DNA of 64,000 bases from Eledone cirrhosa. Taxonomy: Eukaryota. Position numbers and translations under genes: made by a program. Shown in pieces: positions 40,401-52,900 of the stretch. Within the stretch, counting starts at the first letter, position 1. Each line of letters opens with the position of its first letter. The DNA lies in assembly GCA_964016885.1 (NCBI GenBank), contig OZ024740.1, forward strand, positions 245,892,001-245,956,000. Reading direction: 5' to 3'. Under the pieces are notes generated by a model that saw nothing but the letters and a program-made list of their open reading frames with translations, was not told where the DNA came from and made no database searches.

Positions 40401-43400
40401 TCAGCAAAGGTTGAATCATATTCTAATATGCCATGTTCATAGAGATGTTTTGAAAAAGGTTAGTTGTGAAGAAGTTACTAAATTATTTATTGACAGCTAT
40501 GATGTGAGATATGATACATTTGGAAAGTTCTAAAAGACAATAAATTTACTTTATATGATTTTTATTCAAATGTCTATGTTTAATTTTTGTTTATTTGATA
40601 TAATAAATACTTTTTAAGCTTATTTTTTAAAATCTGAACTTCATTTGAATATATAAAATTTAATTAGCGTAAAATTTTACTTATATGATAGGGTTCAAGA
40701 AAGACACCATAAGTAATACTAACATGCTCCAACAAATGTTGGTTTGTCCTCCTCACATTTTTAAGGCAAATGAGGCCCCTGGAAAAGAGCAACATTATTC
40801 ATGAATTGAATTCACTAACCCGTTCATCACCATGTTCAGCTTGACCTCGATACTTCAGCTCATTCTTACTAACATTCGGTTTGCTTGACCCCATCTTCTC
40901 TTCATTGTATTTCCACATCATTTATTTTATAACTAGGTTGTTGCTATTCCTATATAAACTGACTGTTTATACTACGATCAAGTCTTGTTATAGCCTTGGG
41001 CTTAAGGAAGTGCTTTTGTAGTCTTCAACAGTCATCTGTATATTTATAAAATTAAGTATGTGTGTATAGGGGCCCACATCTTACGACCGATTTTCATGAA
41101 ACTTTACAGGCTCATAGATTACTCATCGGGGAGTGTTTTCTATATATCAGCAAATCGATTTTTTATTCCAGGGTCATTCTGCAGATAAAAATCGATAGGG
41201 GGGGGGGGGGGGGGTCACCCTTTTTTAGGTATCGAAAAATAAGATTTTTGGATCTAGCTCCCACATTTTGCCACCGATTTCGTTCAAATTCGAAACTCCC
41301 TCCCCCAGCATGCCCTTTCATCAGTCACCTGCATTTCTCGGTGATAGAGGTCATCACCACTCTCTCCCGCATGGCCTGTGTGTGGCCATAGATGAGTCAT
41401 CGAGAAGCAGTCGCTAAGATCAACACCTTTTCATCAAAGCAGATATTATTTTACCTACCCAGGCAACGCTGGGTACTGCTGCTAGTCCATTATAATTGCA
41501 GCACCATTACAAGAATATCACAATGATGCATTAAGGTAAGGGTGATAATTTGAGTAACTCTGACTAATAAGTAATGTCTTAACTTAGTATTATCGCGTCT
41601 TATCACTACGTGCTTAATTGATGAATTCCATTTCAAAATAGCACATTACTAGTCATTCTTGCATTAAGTTCTATTGAACTCGTTGCCTCATTGATCCTTT
41701 ATTGAGTCTGCCACCTTAATTCCCTCAAGCTAAGTTATTACTATTCCTACACGAAAGACTGGTTAATCTTCATATATAACTTGTCTCGACTTGGTTAACA
41801 CCCATGTGTTTAATTTGCAAGGAGTCCTTTTCAAATGAGGCGATGAAGCCATCGCGTTTGAGTAGACACCTGGAGGTGAGGCACCCCGATAAGAGATATA
41901 AAGATTTAGCATACTTTCAGTCTCTTAGGGACCAATTTCAGAAAACAACACTAATTTCCTCTGCCTTTTCAAAAGTTGAAGCTTCAAATGTTGATGGACT
42001 TGTCGCATCTTATAACATTGCCAACATAATCGCAAAGTGTGGCAAGCCCTATTCCTTGGGTGAAACATTGGTAGCCCCTGTCATCTCAGAAGTTCTTTCA
42101 ACAGTACTACATCAGAACCCGTTAAAGACCTTGAAATGTATTCCGTTGAGTAACGACTCAGTAAGGAGTCGCATCGACGAAATGGCGGAAAATGTTGAAC
42201 AAAAATTATGCAACATCTTGAAATCGACACAATTTGCTTTGCAACTTGATGAAAGCACACTTTCCGGGAATCAGTCCTTACTACTGGGATACGTGCGATT
42301 TTTCCACCAAAACGAAATGCACGAGGAGCTTCTCTTCACTCTGAATCTAGCCACAGATACTAAAGGTGCCACCATCTTTGAATCTGTCAAGGGATACCTC
42401 GAAGAAAAAGAGATACCGCTTAACAATATTGTATCATGTGCTATGGACGGCGCAAGAGCAATGGTCGGCCAACATAAGGGTTTCGTCTCTCTTCTGAAGA
42501 GGGAAAATCCATCTGTATTTGCTGTTCATTGTGTCATTCATCGACAACACTTGCCTGCGAAGACACTCAGCGAGCCGCTGAGCAAGTCTTTGCAGGTAGC
42601 CATTGATGTCATCAATTATATCAAACGCCATGCCCCCAATGAACGAATTTTCCGGCAACTATGCGAAGATAATGACGAAGAATTCGTCGAGTTGCTCCTT
42701 CATACTGAAATGAGGTGGCTTTCAAAGGGCAAGTGCCTTACTCGCTTCTTTGAAATGTTCGACTCTATCATTGAGTTTCTTCGAGGACGCAACACAGAAC
42801 TGTATAAAAAAAACCTCGATATGCAATGGCCTCATTATGGCGTTGCAGAGGGAGAAGGTCACCTTGTTTAAAGCAAGGAATGCTGTGAAAATATTCCTGG
42901 CCAAATTGAAAGTCATCGAAAGGAATCTTTGTGGACGGGAATTCTATAATTTTCCTAGTGTCGCCAATGTTCAAAACATTGTTAGCGATGACCAACAACA
43001 AATTTATACCACTCACCTCCGTGCACTACAAGACAACATGAGAGAATGGTTTGTCGACCTTTTTCAGATGGACATCCCAATGTGGATAGCAGATCCCTTC
43101 ATAGCTAACGTCGACAATTTCGACGTTAAATTTCAGGAAGAATTAATTGAACGTCAGACAGATGACATTATCAAAATTAAATTTTCCAAAATAGGTGAAC
43201 CCCTTTTTGGGATGCAAGAGGAAATTCAACGTCGATTTCCACTCCTACATGCAGAGGCTAAGAGATTTGCTTTGCCTTTTCCTAGCTCATACTTAGTCGA
43301 GAGGGGGTTTGGCGCTGTTTCCAGACTGCACAGTAAGGCTCGCAACCGCTACAATGTGATTACACGTTGAGATCTCCGGCTACATCTTCCAAAAATCCAG

Positions 43401-45477
43401 CCTGACGTCAAAGAGTTAGCTAAACTCCATGAAGCTCAAGGGTCCCATTGAAACGAGGTCAAAGTAAGTCGATTGTTTATTTGTAGTTGCAGTCTGACTG
43501 GACTGGAAACCATCTACCACAATTCACTTACTCATTTGTTGTATATATTTTACCGTTTACTAATGAATATACCTTTTTACATGGTCATGAAAACCCTCTT
43601 CCGTGGTCTCTAAGCTCACAAAGCGGAGGGGACATCAAGTTAGATATCAACATTTATTCTGTCCGTTTCATTAAAGGGAAAATTGGAAAGCTTTGAAATA
43701 ATACAATTGTCACTTTCTTCCAGATAAGAGCACTCTTTGGATAGACAGAGTTGCTCTTGTATAAATGTTCAAAATAGCTGGTATTGTCTGGTGGGAATAT
43801 AACAAATTCAACTGGTCCTTATTCATAAAAAAGAACATTTATGTTCTTTTTTTTGAAATTTATATACTTCCTTTCAAGGAATGTATTTATACTTTCAACT
43901 GCCTGCAATGGTATCTTTGGAATATCATTAATCAATTTTTTAGTAATCTACTGATATCAAAATCAGTAGTATATTGAAAAGTGGAAAAATTGGGGGGGGG
44001 GGGGGGGGGTCATGATTTCGAGGGGCAAAAGGGGGCGTTTGGCCGAAATGGGTTGAGAACCTTTGTTTTAAAGTGAAAACATGTGCTGGGAGGAGCATGC
44101 AAGAAAGATGCATTTTAGTGCAGGAGAGGGTTGAGAAAAATAGTACTAATACTCACACCACATTCATCAAACAGTAAAGAAACAATAGTAAAACTATTTT
44201 GGAGTTGCACTTGTCTGGCAAGTGATTTGATCTGAGACAGCCTTATGTTGAAGCTGAAGCAATTATAACATAGAAGAAAGAGTTATCATCATTTTTACAA
44301 CTGTTTTTCAATGCTTGCAATGAGTTAGACAAGTCCTTGCCAGTGCAAAATCTCTTCCCTTGTTTCTTTCTTTCATCCTCTCCTCTGTGAGGTTCAGTAT
44401 CCCAAGATCAGCTTTCACTAACTCTGCCAAAGCTTTTTTTGGTTTTCTCTTCATAATTCCTGGCACTTCTTCACCCAACAATTATAATTCAAGCATATAA
44501 TGCAATCTGCTTCTCCTGCACAATACATATGATTCTTCTTATACCTAGTTTTCTCTCATTGCATTAAGTCATTTTAGCCATTTAAAAAAATACACTCAAA
44601 ACTATTATATTCACTTTTCATAGCACCACTACCACTGCAAATTAATCACTGATATAATCTAACAGCGTTTTAGATAGTTAGTACAGCTCTTCCAATTGCA
44701 ATTTTACTATGTTTTAGATAGTTAAAATGGCTCTTGCCTTATGTAAATGCATAATATTATAATCAGTATATTTTATAGTCAATGAAAAATATGTTTCCCA
44801 AATTATCCTGCAGACACCAAAAAGTAGGATATGTTAAGGCAATCAATATAATACTCACCATTTAGAAAGAATCGAACAAAGCGGAAATATTCCACTAAAT
44901 TCCATGGTTTGTAGAAGTAATCCAATCCCTTTTCACCTTGACGAATGTAAGAACATTTACTGATGTAACAGCCTAAGGAAGAGAAAATGTAACATATCAT
45001 ATGTGTGATGTTAATGTGCATGAACAGCAAAGCTTGGATGAGCTGAGAGAAGACTATGCTGGTATAGACATGCAATGTGTATAGATGATAATTGAGTGAA
45101 GAAGTGCAATGAGTTCCCAGTGGAAGGAAGCTGTAGTAGAGGAAGACCTGGGAAAAAGGAATGACAGAGGATCTCACCAGCACTTGCATAGGTTAGATGG
45201 ATTGTTTGTTCTAAAGCTAGACCACACCTTGCTCATATCTTCCATCATAATTTCATGAGCCTTTGTTACATTATATTCCAAACAGCAGCTTGATGATAAG
45301 ATAATTAGTTTTATATTACTAAATCCCTCCAAATTCTTGATTATTTAAAGTATATAAAATCATGATTACATATACACATACATATATATAGGAAAAAGTA
45401 TATTTCCCACTCTACTACCTTAAGTATTGAGTACTCTGGTGCGTTATGGCCCATCTGGTTCCTTACCACAATTCCTT

Positions 45478-45509
<32 letters not shown>

Positions 45510-45788
45510 CTTTACACTCGGCCCTTGAAAAGATTGATTCCACTTCATTTACTCTCATCTCAGGAACAATTTTGAATAGCGCCAGTTCGTAATTTGAATT
45601 CGAGAATTTTATATTCTCCGAATGAAAAGAACCTTCTGACGAGATTCTTTCTTTGCAACGAAGGCCGTATGGACTCCGTTTATTTTTGAGAATCGAAACC
45701 GACTCGGTAAAGGTAACCATAGTAAGTAAAGTTAATTTTTTAAAATTTATTTTGAAACTTTATCTTATTTGCTAAACCTTCATTATAT

Positions 45789-45819
<31 letters not shown>

Positions 45820-48800
45820 ACGTTTAACGTCCGTGTTCCACGCTTGCATGGGTTTGGACGGGGGTAGTCCCACTTGAGGCAAGAGTGATTGTCTTGCTCG
45901 CATAGGACTGTCTGGCAGGTTTTCTACAGTTGGATGCCCTTCCTAACACCAACCACATTTACAGTGTGGGTCTGGGAGGTTTTTACCGTGTTGCCTACAC
46001 GGCCACATTACAGCGTGGACTGTGTGTTTTTTTGTCGTGACACCTACACGATCTCATTTGTTTCGGCCTGGATGGCGCGGCACCAACATAACTTTACATA
46101 GAACGGGGTGGTGTGGATGGGGTGGGGGTGGTGGCGGGACGGGGTGTATTTTGTTAGAGATGCCTACTGGCAAGGCGGGTCTTCTCTGTTACTGAGTACC
46201 GCCAAAGGTCACGGTCCAGTGACATTGTCTTGGAGAGGTGTAAGTGTGTGAGGTCGGAGTTTATCAGCTCATCCCATGTTTTTCTAGGTCTGCCTATTCC
46301 GTGGCTACCGTCTATCTTTATTGCCCTGCACTTTGTAATACAGCTATCGACTTTCATGCGCATCACGTGTCCATACCAACGCAGCCTTCTCTCGAGTAAA
46401 CAACATCTGATCCCTCTTATCTCTAATTTTTTCCTTAGTTCGTTTATGCTTTGCCGTTCACGTATATTACTGTTACACATCCAGCGGAGCATGCAAGCTT
46501 CGTTCCTCTCTAGTCTGCGTATATCCTCTGCACACAATGCCCAGGTCTCACTGCCATGCAACATTGCTGTTCGTATGCAGGCATCGTACAACCTGCCTTT
46601 CATTTTTAGGGAGAACCCTTTAGCAGCTAATAGTGGTATAAGCTCTCTGAACTTTTTCCATCCAGTTCTGACTCTAGCTACAGTACTTTCAGAGCACCCT
46701 CCCCCACTGCTGATTTTATCGCCCAGGTAACGGAAGCTGTCCACTATTTCTATAGAACCCTCTGCGCAATTGAAAGAGCTAGTATTTTGTGGGCACTTGC
46801 TGCTACTTATTGCACCAGAACACCGGCCACATGTAAAGTCTATGTTCTTAGTTAGCTTACCTGTGATCCCACTACATCTTTTATGCACCCATACTTTGCA
46901 TTTAGGACATAAGATGGAGTTTCTACCTACGCCTTTCCTACATACCGAGCACGACCATTTCCCAGAAGGGACCGCCGCCTTGTTTTCTTTCCTACAAACT
47001 AGAACTTTGGTCTTAGCCAGGTTAATTTTAAGTCCTTTTGACTCTAGGCCGTGCTTCCATGTTTGGAATTTCTTCTCTAGCTCGGCCATTGATTCCGCTA
47101 TGAGTGTCAGGTCGTCTGCGTATAGGAGTTCCCATGGGCAGCCTGTCTTGAACTCCTCTGTTATAGCCTGAAGGGCAATAATAAATAGTAGGGGGCTGAG
47201 AACAGAGCCCTGATGGACGCCAACTTTTACGCTAAACTCTTCACTATATTCGTTGTTAATTCTAACCTTGCTGACTGTTTCTTTATACATGGCTTGTATA
47301 GCCCTCACAAGCCATTCGTCAACGCCTAGTTTTCTAAGAGCCCACCAGATAATGGAGCGGGGGACTCTGTCGAAGGCTTTCTCCAGGTCGACAAAAGCTA
47401 AGTAGAGGGGTTTACCTTTAGCTAGGTACTTCTCCTGTAGTTGTCGTACTATGAAAAGAGCGTCTGTGGTGCTTTTGCCTGACACAAACCCGAACTGCAT
47501 TTCATCTAGATCAATTCTCTCTCTGATTAGTTGCGCTATTACTTTTTCCGTGACCTTCATGACCTGGTCGATTAATTTAATGCCTCTATAGTTACTCCTA
47601 TCTAGGGCGTCTCCTTTACCCTTATAACAGTTAACGATGATGCTGCTATGCCAGTCCTTCGGAACAACCCCATTCTGTACGACTTGGTTAACTATGCGGG
47701 TGACCATGGTGTGTCCCACCGTGCCAGATGCCTTCAGCATCTCAGCAACTATTTCCGAAGGCCCAGCCGCCTTACCAGTCTTCATATCCTTGATTGCCTT
47801 ACTTATTATACTCCCCTCGACTAACACTGCTGGTCCCTCTATCGGGTCGATAAGGGGGAGACTGTCTTTCTCCCATTTATTCTCCTCATTTAGTAGCCTT
47901 TCATAGTGACACTTCCAAGCTACCTTCTTATCAGTGTCGGTGATGGCAAGTATGCCATCATCGTTAAGTACACACTTCTCCCCGACAATATCACGGTTTT
48001 CCTTGACGCATTGCCTGGCAATCCTGAACACCTCACGTTTTTGGTCATCGCGTTGTAGAACATGCTTGAACTTTCTTTCCTCAGCTTCCCTTCTTGCTAA
48101 GTACACTTCTCTCCTAGCTTCCCTCCTGGCCACTTGATAGTCTACTCTACTTCCCCCATCCCGCCATACTTTCCAAGCCTGCTTTTTGGCCTTAATTGAC
48201 CCCTCCACCCTATTGTTCCACCACCATGTTACTCTCCTCCTGCCTACAGGCCTGCTCCAGCCACAGACTTCGTCTGTCGCCAACAGCAGGTTTGCTTTCA
48301 GAAATTTCCACTGTCCCTCTATATTGTCCGATTCTAGATGCTCTTCCTTACTGTCGAAAGCATCAAGTAATATGCTTTGAAATTTATTTCTGGCTGTGGG
48401 GTCCTTTAGTTTCCATATTTTCCTCCTGAGGATAGTCCTCTTCTGCTGTCGGGTGCGTCTCGTCCTGACTATGAGGTCGCTAATTATCAGTCTATGTTGG
48501 GAGGTGCATTCTTCATGGGGGAGGGATTTAGTGTTTACAACAGACACTCTGTCACGTCTTCTGGTAAGGATATAATCTACCTGGCTTGTGTGTTCCCTGG
48601 ATCTATAGGTAATCAGGTGATTGTCACGTTTTTTGAAGTTAGTGTTACAGATAGTTAGGTTATTTGCATCACAGTATTCCAGAATTCTGGAGCCTTCCTC
48701 ATTTCTAGTACCAAACCCATAGCCTCCATGGATTTCGTCATAGCCGTCACAATGTTGTCCAACGTGACCATTTAGGTCGCCTGCAATAATTATATAGTCA

Positions 48801-49742
48801 CTGTCAGATATTTGGGAGGTAGTTAGCAACAGTGTCTCATAGAATCTGTCTTTTATAGTGCCGGGCAGTCCGGATTGGGGTGCGTACGCAGATATTACTG
48901 TCACCGTAGTTCTATTGAGGACAAGTCTTATTTTAATTATTCTGTCGTTCACTCTATTTACGTCTATTATCTTATCTGCCCACTTTTCTGCTACCATGAT
49001 TCCTACTCCACCCAGCCCATCGTCGTTTCCCACCCAGAAAAGCTTATAACATCGTTTTTTACCCTCAATGAATCTAGCAGACCCACCCCTCCACCTGGTC
49101 TCTTGAATACAACAAACATCGACCTCCTTACGTTCAAGCATTTCTACAACCTCGTTAGCGCGACCCTTTAGGGTGCCTACATTTATGGTACCAACTCTGA
49201 AGTTTTGGGTTGCGTTTGGAGGGTGGGGGTGGTGGGGGGCGGGAGGAGATAGGGTTATGTTAGCCATCCGCGGACGAAACAAAGAGGAGTGCTCGCATTC
49301 TCGTCCACGAGGTGAATTTGACTTTAACTTTGGCATTTTCGCTCTGGGCGTCCAGATTTTTCTCTCCCTTCCACTCTCCAGGATTCCGCAGTCCGTCCGT
49401 CCATCCATCCATCTATCATATATCGAAGGCAACCGGGCAAGCGATAGTATAGGCCTCTGGCTTATGATTTGGTCCGCGTAATAATAATAATGGTGATGCG
49501 TGGGGGTGGGGGTGGGGGGCTCTGGCTTATAATAATGGTGGTGATGCGGGGGGGGGGGGGGCTCTGGCTTATGATTGGTCCACGTATTAAGTATGGTGGC
49601 GTGTGGGGGCGGGAGGGAGGGGTGTGGGGTAGCTAGCTGGAAGGTTATGAATGTTTAACAAGCGATTTAACAAAAAGCAAAACTGCAAGATTTGTTCTGT
49701 TCAATACGACAAAAACACCGTATTTAAACCTTAAATAGATAA

Positions 49743-49779
<37 letters not shown>

Positions 49780-49944
49780 GATTTCGGATTTTGCGAGATT
49801 GGATGTTTGTTTGGACTATGTACGGAATTGAGCGTGGAAATGGAGAGAAGAATTGTACTTTACGATTTACATGAGTCCATCATAGAAATAATTGAAGCAG
49901 CGGTGGATTGGCGAAAGTGAATAAACATGAAGGAGAACTTATCT

Positions 49945-49987
<43 letters not shown>

Positions 49988-52900
49988 CTAAGCGAGAGAT
50001 AGAGGGGAAGAAAGAGAGGAGGGGGAGGGGGAGAGATATTGTGGCTGACCGCAGCCCCCTCGTGGAGAAGCAAGGAGGGTGAAGGGGTGGATCGGATTTT
50101 TGACTTTCAAGTAGCATACTATATATATTTAAAGTAATTTATAAGTAGAATGGGGAGGATTTTGTTTTTTTGTTTGTATATAGTTATATTTGGGGAGGGT
50201 CATATTGTTGTAATAATATTGCCAGAATTAATAACAGAACACACTCACTGTTTGGTTGGTTTTCGCTTCTGTATCTTTTATATCAGTTAATTTATTCGGT
50301 CGTCAATGTTTACCATTGACTGACCAACGGTCAAAAATACAGATATAATATAGACACAAACACATATATATAGTCTAACAAAGTTCTTTCATTGCACATC
50401 TACAACATCGTCAGTGGTGCTATTATGTCTCCTCCTGTTGTATTGTATGTCTACGCCATCATCATTTAATCTGTTTATTTATTTATTTATTTATATCTTC
50501 TTCTCTGCGCATGCGTTTGCGTGTGTTTATAGTGTTTGATGTGTATTTGTGTTTTGGTTATTGTATTCTAGAAAACTAGGTGTTGATGAATGGCTTGTGA
50601 GAGCTATACAAGCCATGTATAAAGAAACAGTCAGCAAGGTTAGAATTAACAATGAATATAGTGAAGAGTTTAGCGTAAAAGTTGGTGTTCATCAGGGCTC
50701 CGTTCTTAGCCCCCTACTATTTATTATTGCACTTCAGGCTATAACAGAGGAGTTCAAGACCGGCTGCCCATGGGAACTCCTATATGCAGATGATCTAACG
50801 CTCATAGCTGAATCAATGGCCGAACTAGAGAAGAAATTCCAAACATGGCCTAGAATCAAAAGGCATTAAAGTCAACTTGTCTAAGACTAAAGTTCTAGTT
50901 TGTAGGAAGGAAAATAGGGCACCGGTCCCATCTGGGAAATGGCCATGCTCAGTGTGTAGGAAAGGAGTAGGCAGAAACTCCATTTTATGTCCCAAATGCA
51001 AAGTATGGGTGCATAAAAGATGTAGTGGAATCACAGGTAAGCTAACTAAGAATATAGATTTCATATGTGGCCGATGCTCTGGTGCAATAAGTAGCAGCAA
51101 GTGCCCACAAAATACTAGCTCTTTCAACTGCACAGAGGGTTCTATAGAAATAGTGGACAGCTTCCGTTACCTGGGTGACAAAATCAGCAGTGGGGGAGGG
51201 TGCTCTGAAAGTACAGTAGCTAGAGTCAGAACTGGATGGAAAAAGTTCAGAGAGCTTATACCACTATTAGCTGCTAAAGGGTTCTCCCTAAAAATGAAAG
51301 GCAGGTTGTATGATGCCTGCATACGAACAGCAATGTTGCATGGCAGTGAGACCTGGCCATTGTGTGCAGAGGATATACGCAGACTAGAGAGGAACGAAGC
51401 TTGCATGCTCCGCTGGATGTGTAATAGTAATATACGTGAACGGCAAAGCATAAACGAACTAAGGAAAAAATTAGAAATAAGAGGGATCAGATGTTGTTTA
51501 CTCGAGAGAAGGCTACGTTGGTATGGTCAAATGATGCGCATGAAAGACGATAGCTGTATAACAAAGTGCAGGGCAATAAAAATAGACGGTAGCCACGGAA
51601 TAGGCAGACCCAGAAAAACCTGGGACGAGCTGATAAATTCCGACCTCACACGCTTACACCTCTCCAAGACAATGTCACTGGACCGAGACCTTTGGCGGTA
51701 CTCAGTAATAGAGAAGACCCACCTTACCTAAATACAAAGTAAAACCTACTACAGTCAGTAGGCAAACTCTAACAAAATACACCCCCGTCCCACCACCCCC
51801 ACCCCATCCACACCGCCCCTTTCAATGTAAAGTTATGTTGGTGCCACAACATCCAGGCCGAAACAAATGAGATCGTGTAGGTGTCATGACAAAAAAACAC
51901 ACAGTTCGCGCTGTAATGTGGCCGTGTAGGCAACACGGTAAAAACCTCCCAGCCGCACACTGTAAATGTGGTTGGTGTTAGGAAGGGCATCCAGCTGTAG
52001 AAAACCCGCCAGACAGTCCTATGCGAGCAAGATAATCACTCTTGCCTCAAGTGGGAAAACCCCCTGTCCAAACCCATGCAAGCGTGGAACACGGACGTTA
52101 AACGTTGATGATGATGATGATGATGATGATGATATATATATAATATATATATATATATCATCATCATCATCAACGTTTAACATCCGTGTTCCATGCTTGC
52201 ATGGGTTTGGACGGGGGTAGTCCCACTTGAGGCAAGAGTGATTGTCTTGCTCGCATAGGACTGTCTGGCAGGTTTTCTACAGTTGGATGCCCTTCCTAAC
52301 ACCAACCACATTTACAGTGTGGGTCTGGGAGGTTTTTACCGTGTTGCCTACACGGCCACATTACAGCGTGGACTGTGTGTTTTTTTGTCGTGACACCTAC
52401 ACGATCTCATTTGTTTCGGCCTCGATGGCGCGGCACCAACATAACTTTACATATAACGGGGTGGTGTGGATGGGGTGGGGGTGGTGGTGGTGGGACGGGG
52501 TGTATTTTGTTAGAGATGCCTACTGGCTGGAGTAGGTTTTACTATATATTTAGGTAAGGCGGGTCTTCTCTGTTACTGAGTACCGCCAAAGGTCTCGGTT
52601 CAGTGACATTGTCTTGGAGAGGTGTAAGTGTGTGATGTCGGAGTTTATCAGCTCGTCCCAGGTTTTTCTAGGTCTGCCTATTCCGTGACTACCGTCTATC
52701 TTTATTGCCCTGCACTTTGTTATACAGCTATCGACTTTCATGCGCATCACGTGTCCATACCAACGTAGCCTTCTCTCGAGTAAACAACATCTGATCCCTC
52801 TTATCTCTAATTTTTTCCTTAGTTCGTTTATGCTTTGCCGTTCACGTATATTACTGTTACACATCCAGCGGAGCATGCAAGCTTCGTTCCTCTCTAGTCT

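Larger units (their letters stand above)
34738..44065 (+). mobile_element. Buster/Charlie-type hAT transposon, 9.3 kb including nested insertions
   Basis: TIR caaaggttctcaac at 34738 and gttgagaacctttg ending at 44065; 8-bp TSD TTTTAAAG at 34730-34737 and 44066-44073. Confidence 0.92.

Noticed and set aside
41804-42871. Domesticated ZBED5/SCAND3-like host gene
   Set aside because: Frameshifted, has a premature stop and lies between intact TIRs with TSD; a transposon copy
46230-49481. Plus-strand ORFs overlapping the RTE (also antisense ORFs at 7.3-9.0 kb)
   Set aside because: Antisense shadows of the RTE coding frame with no independent motifs
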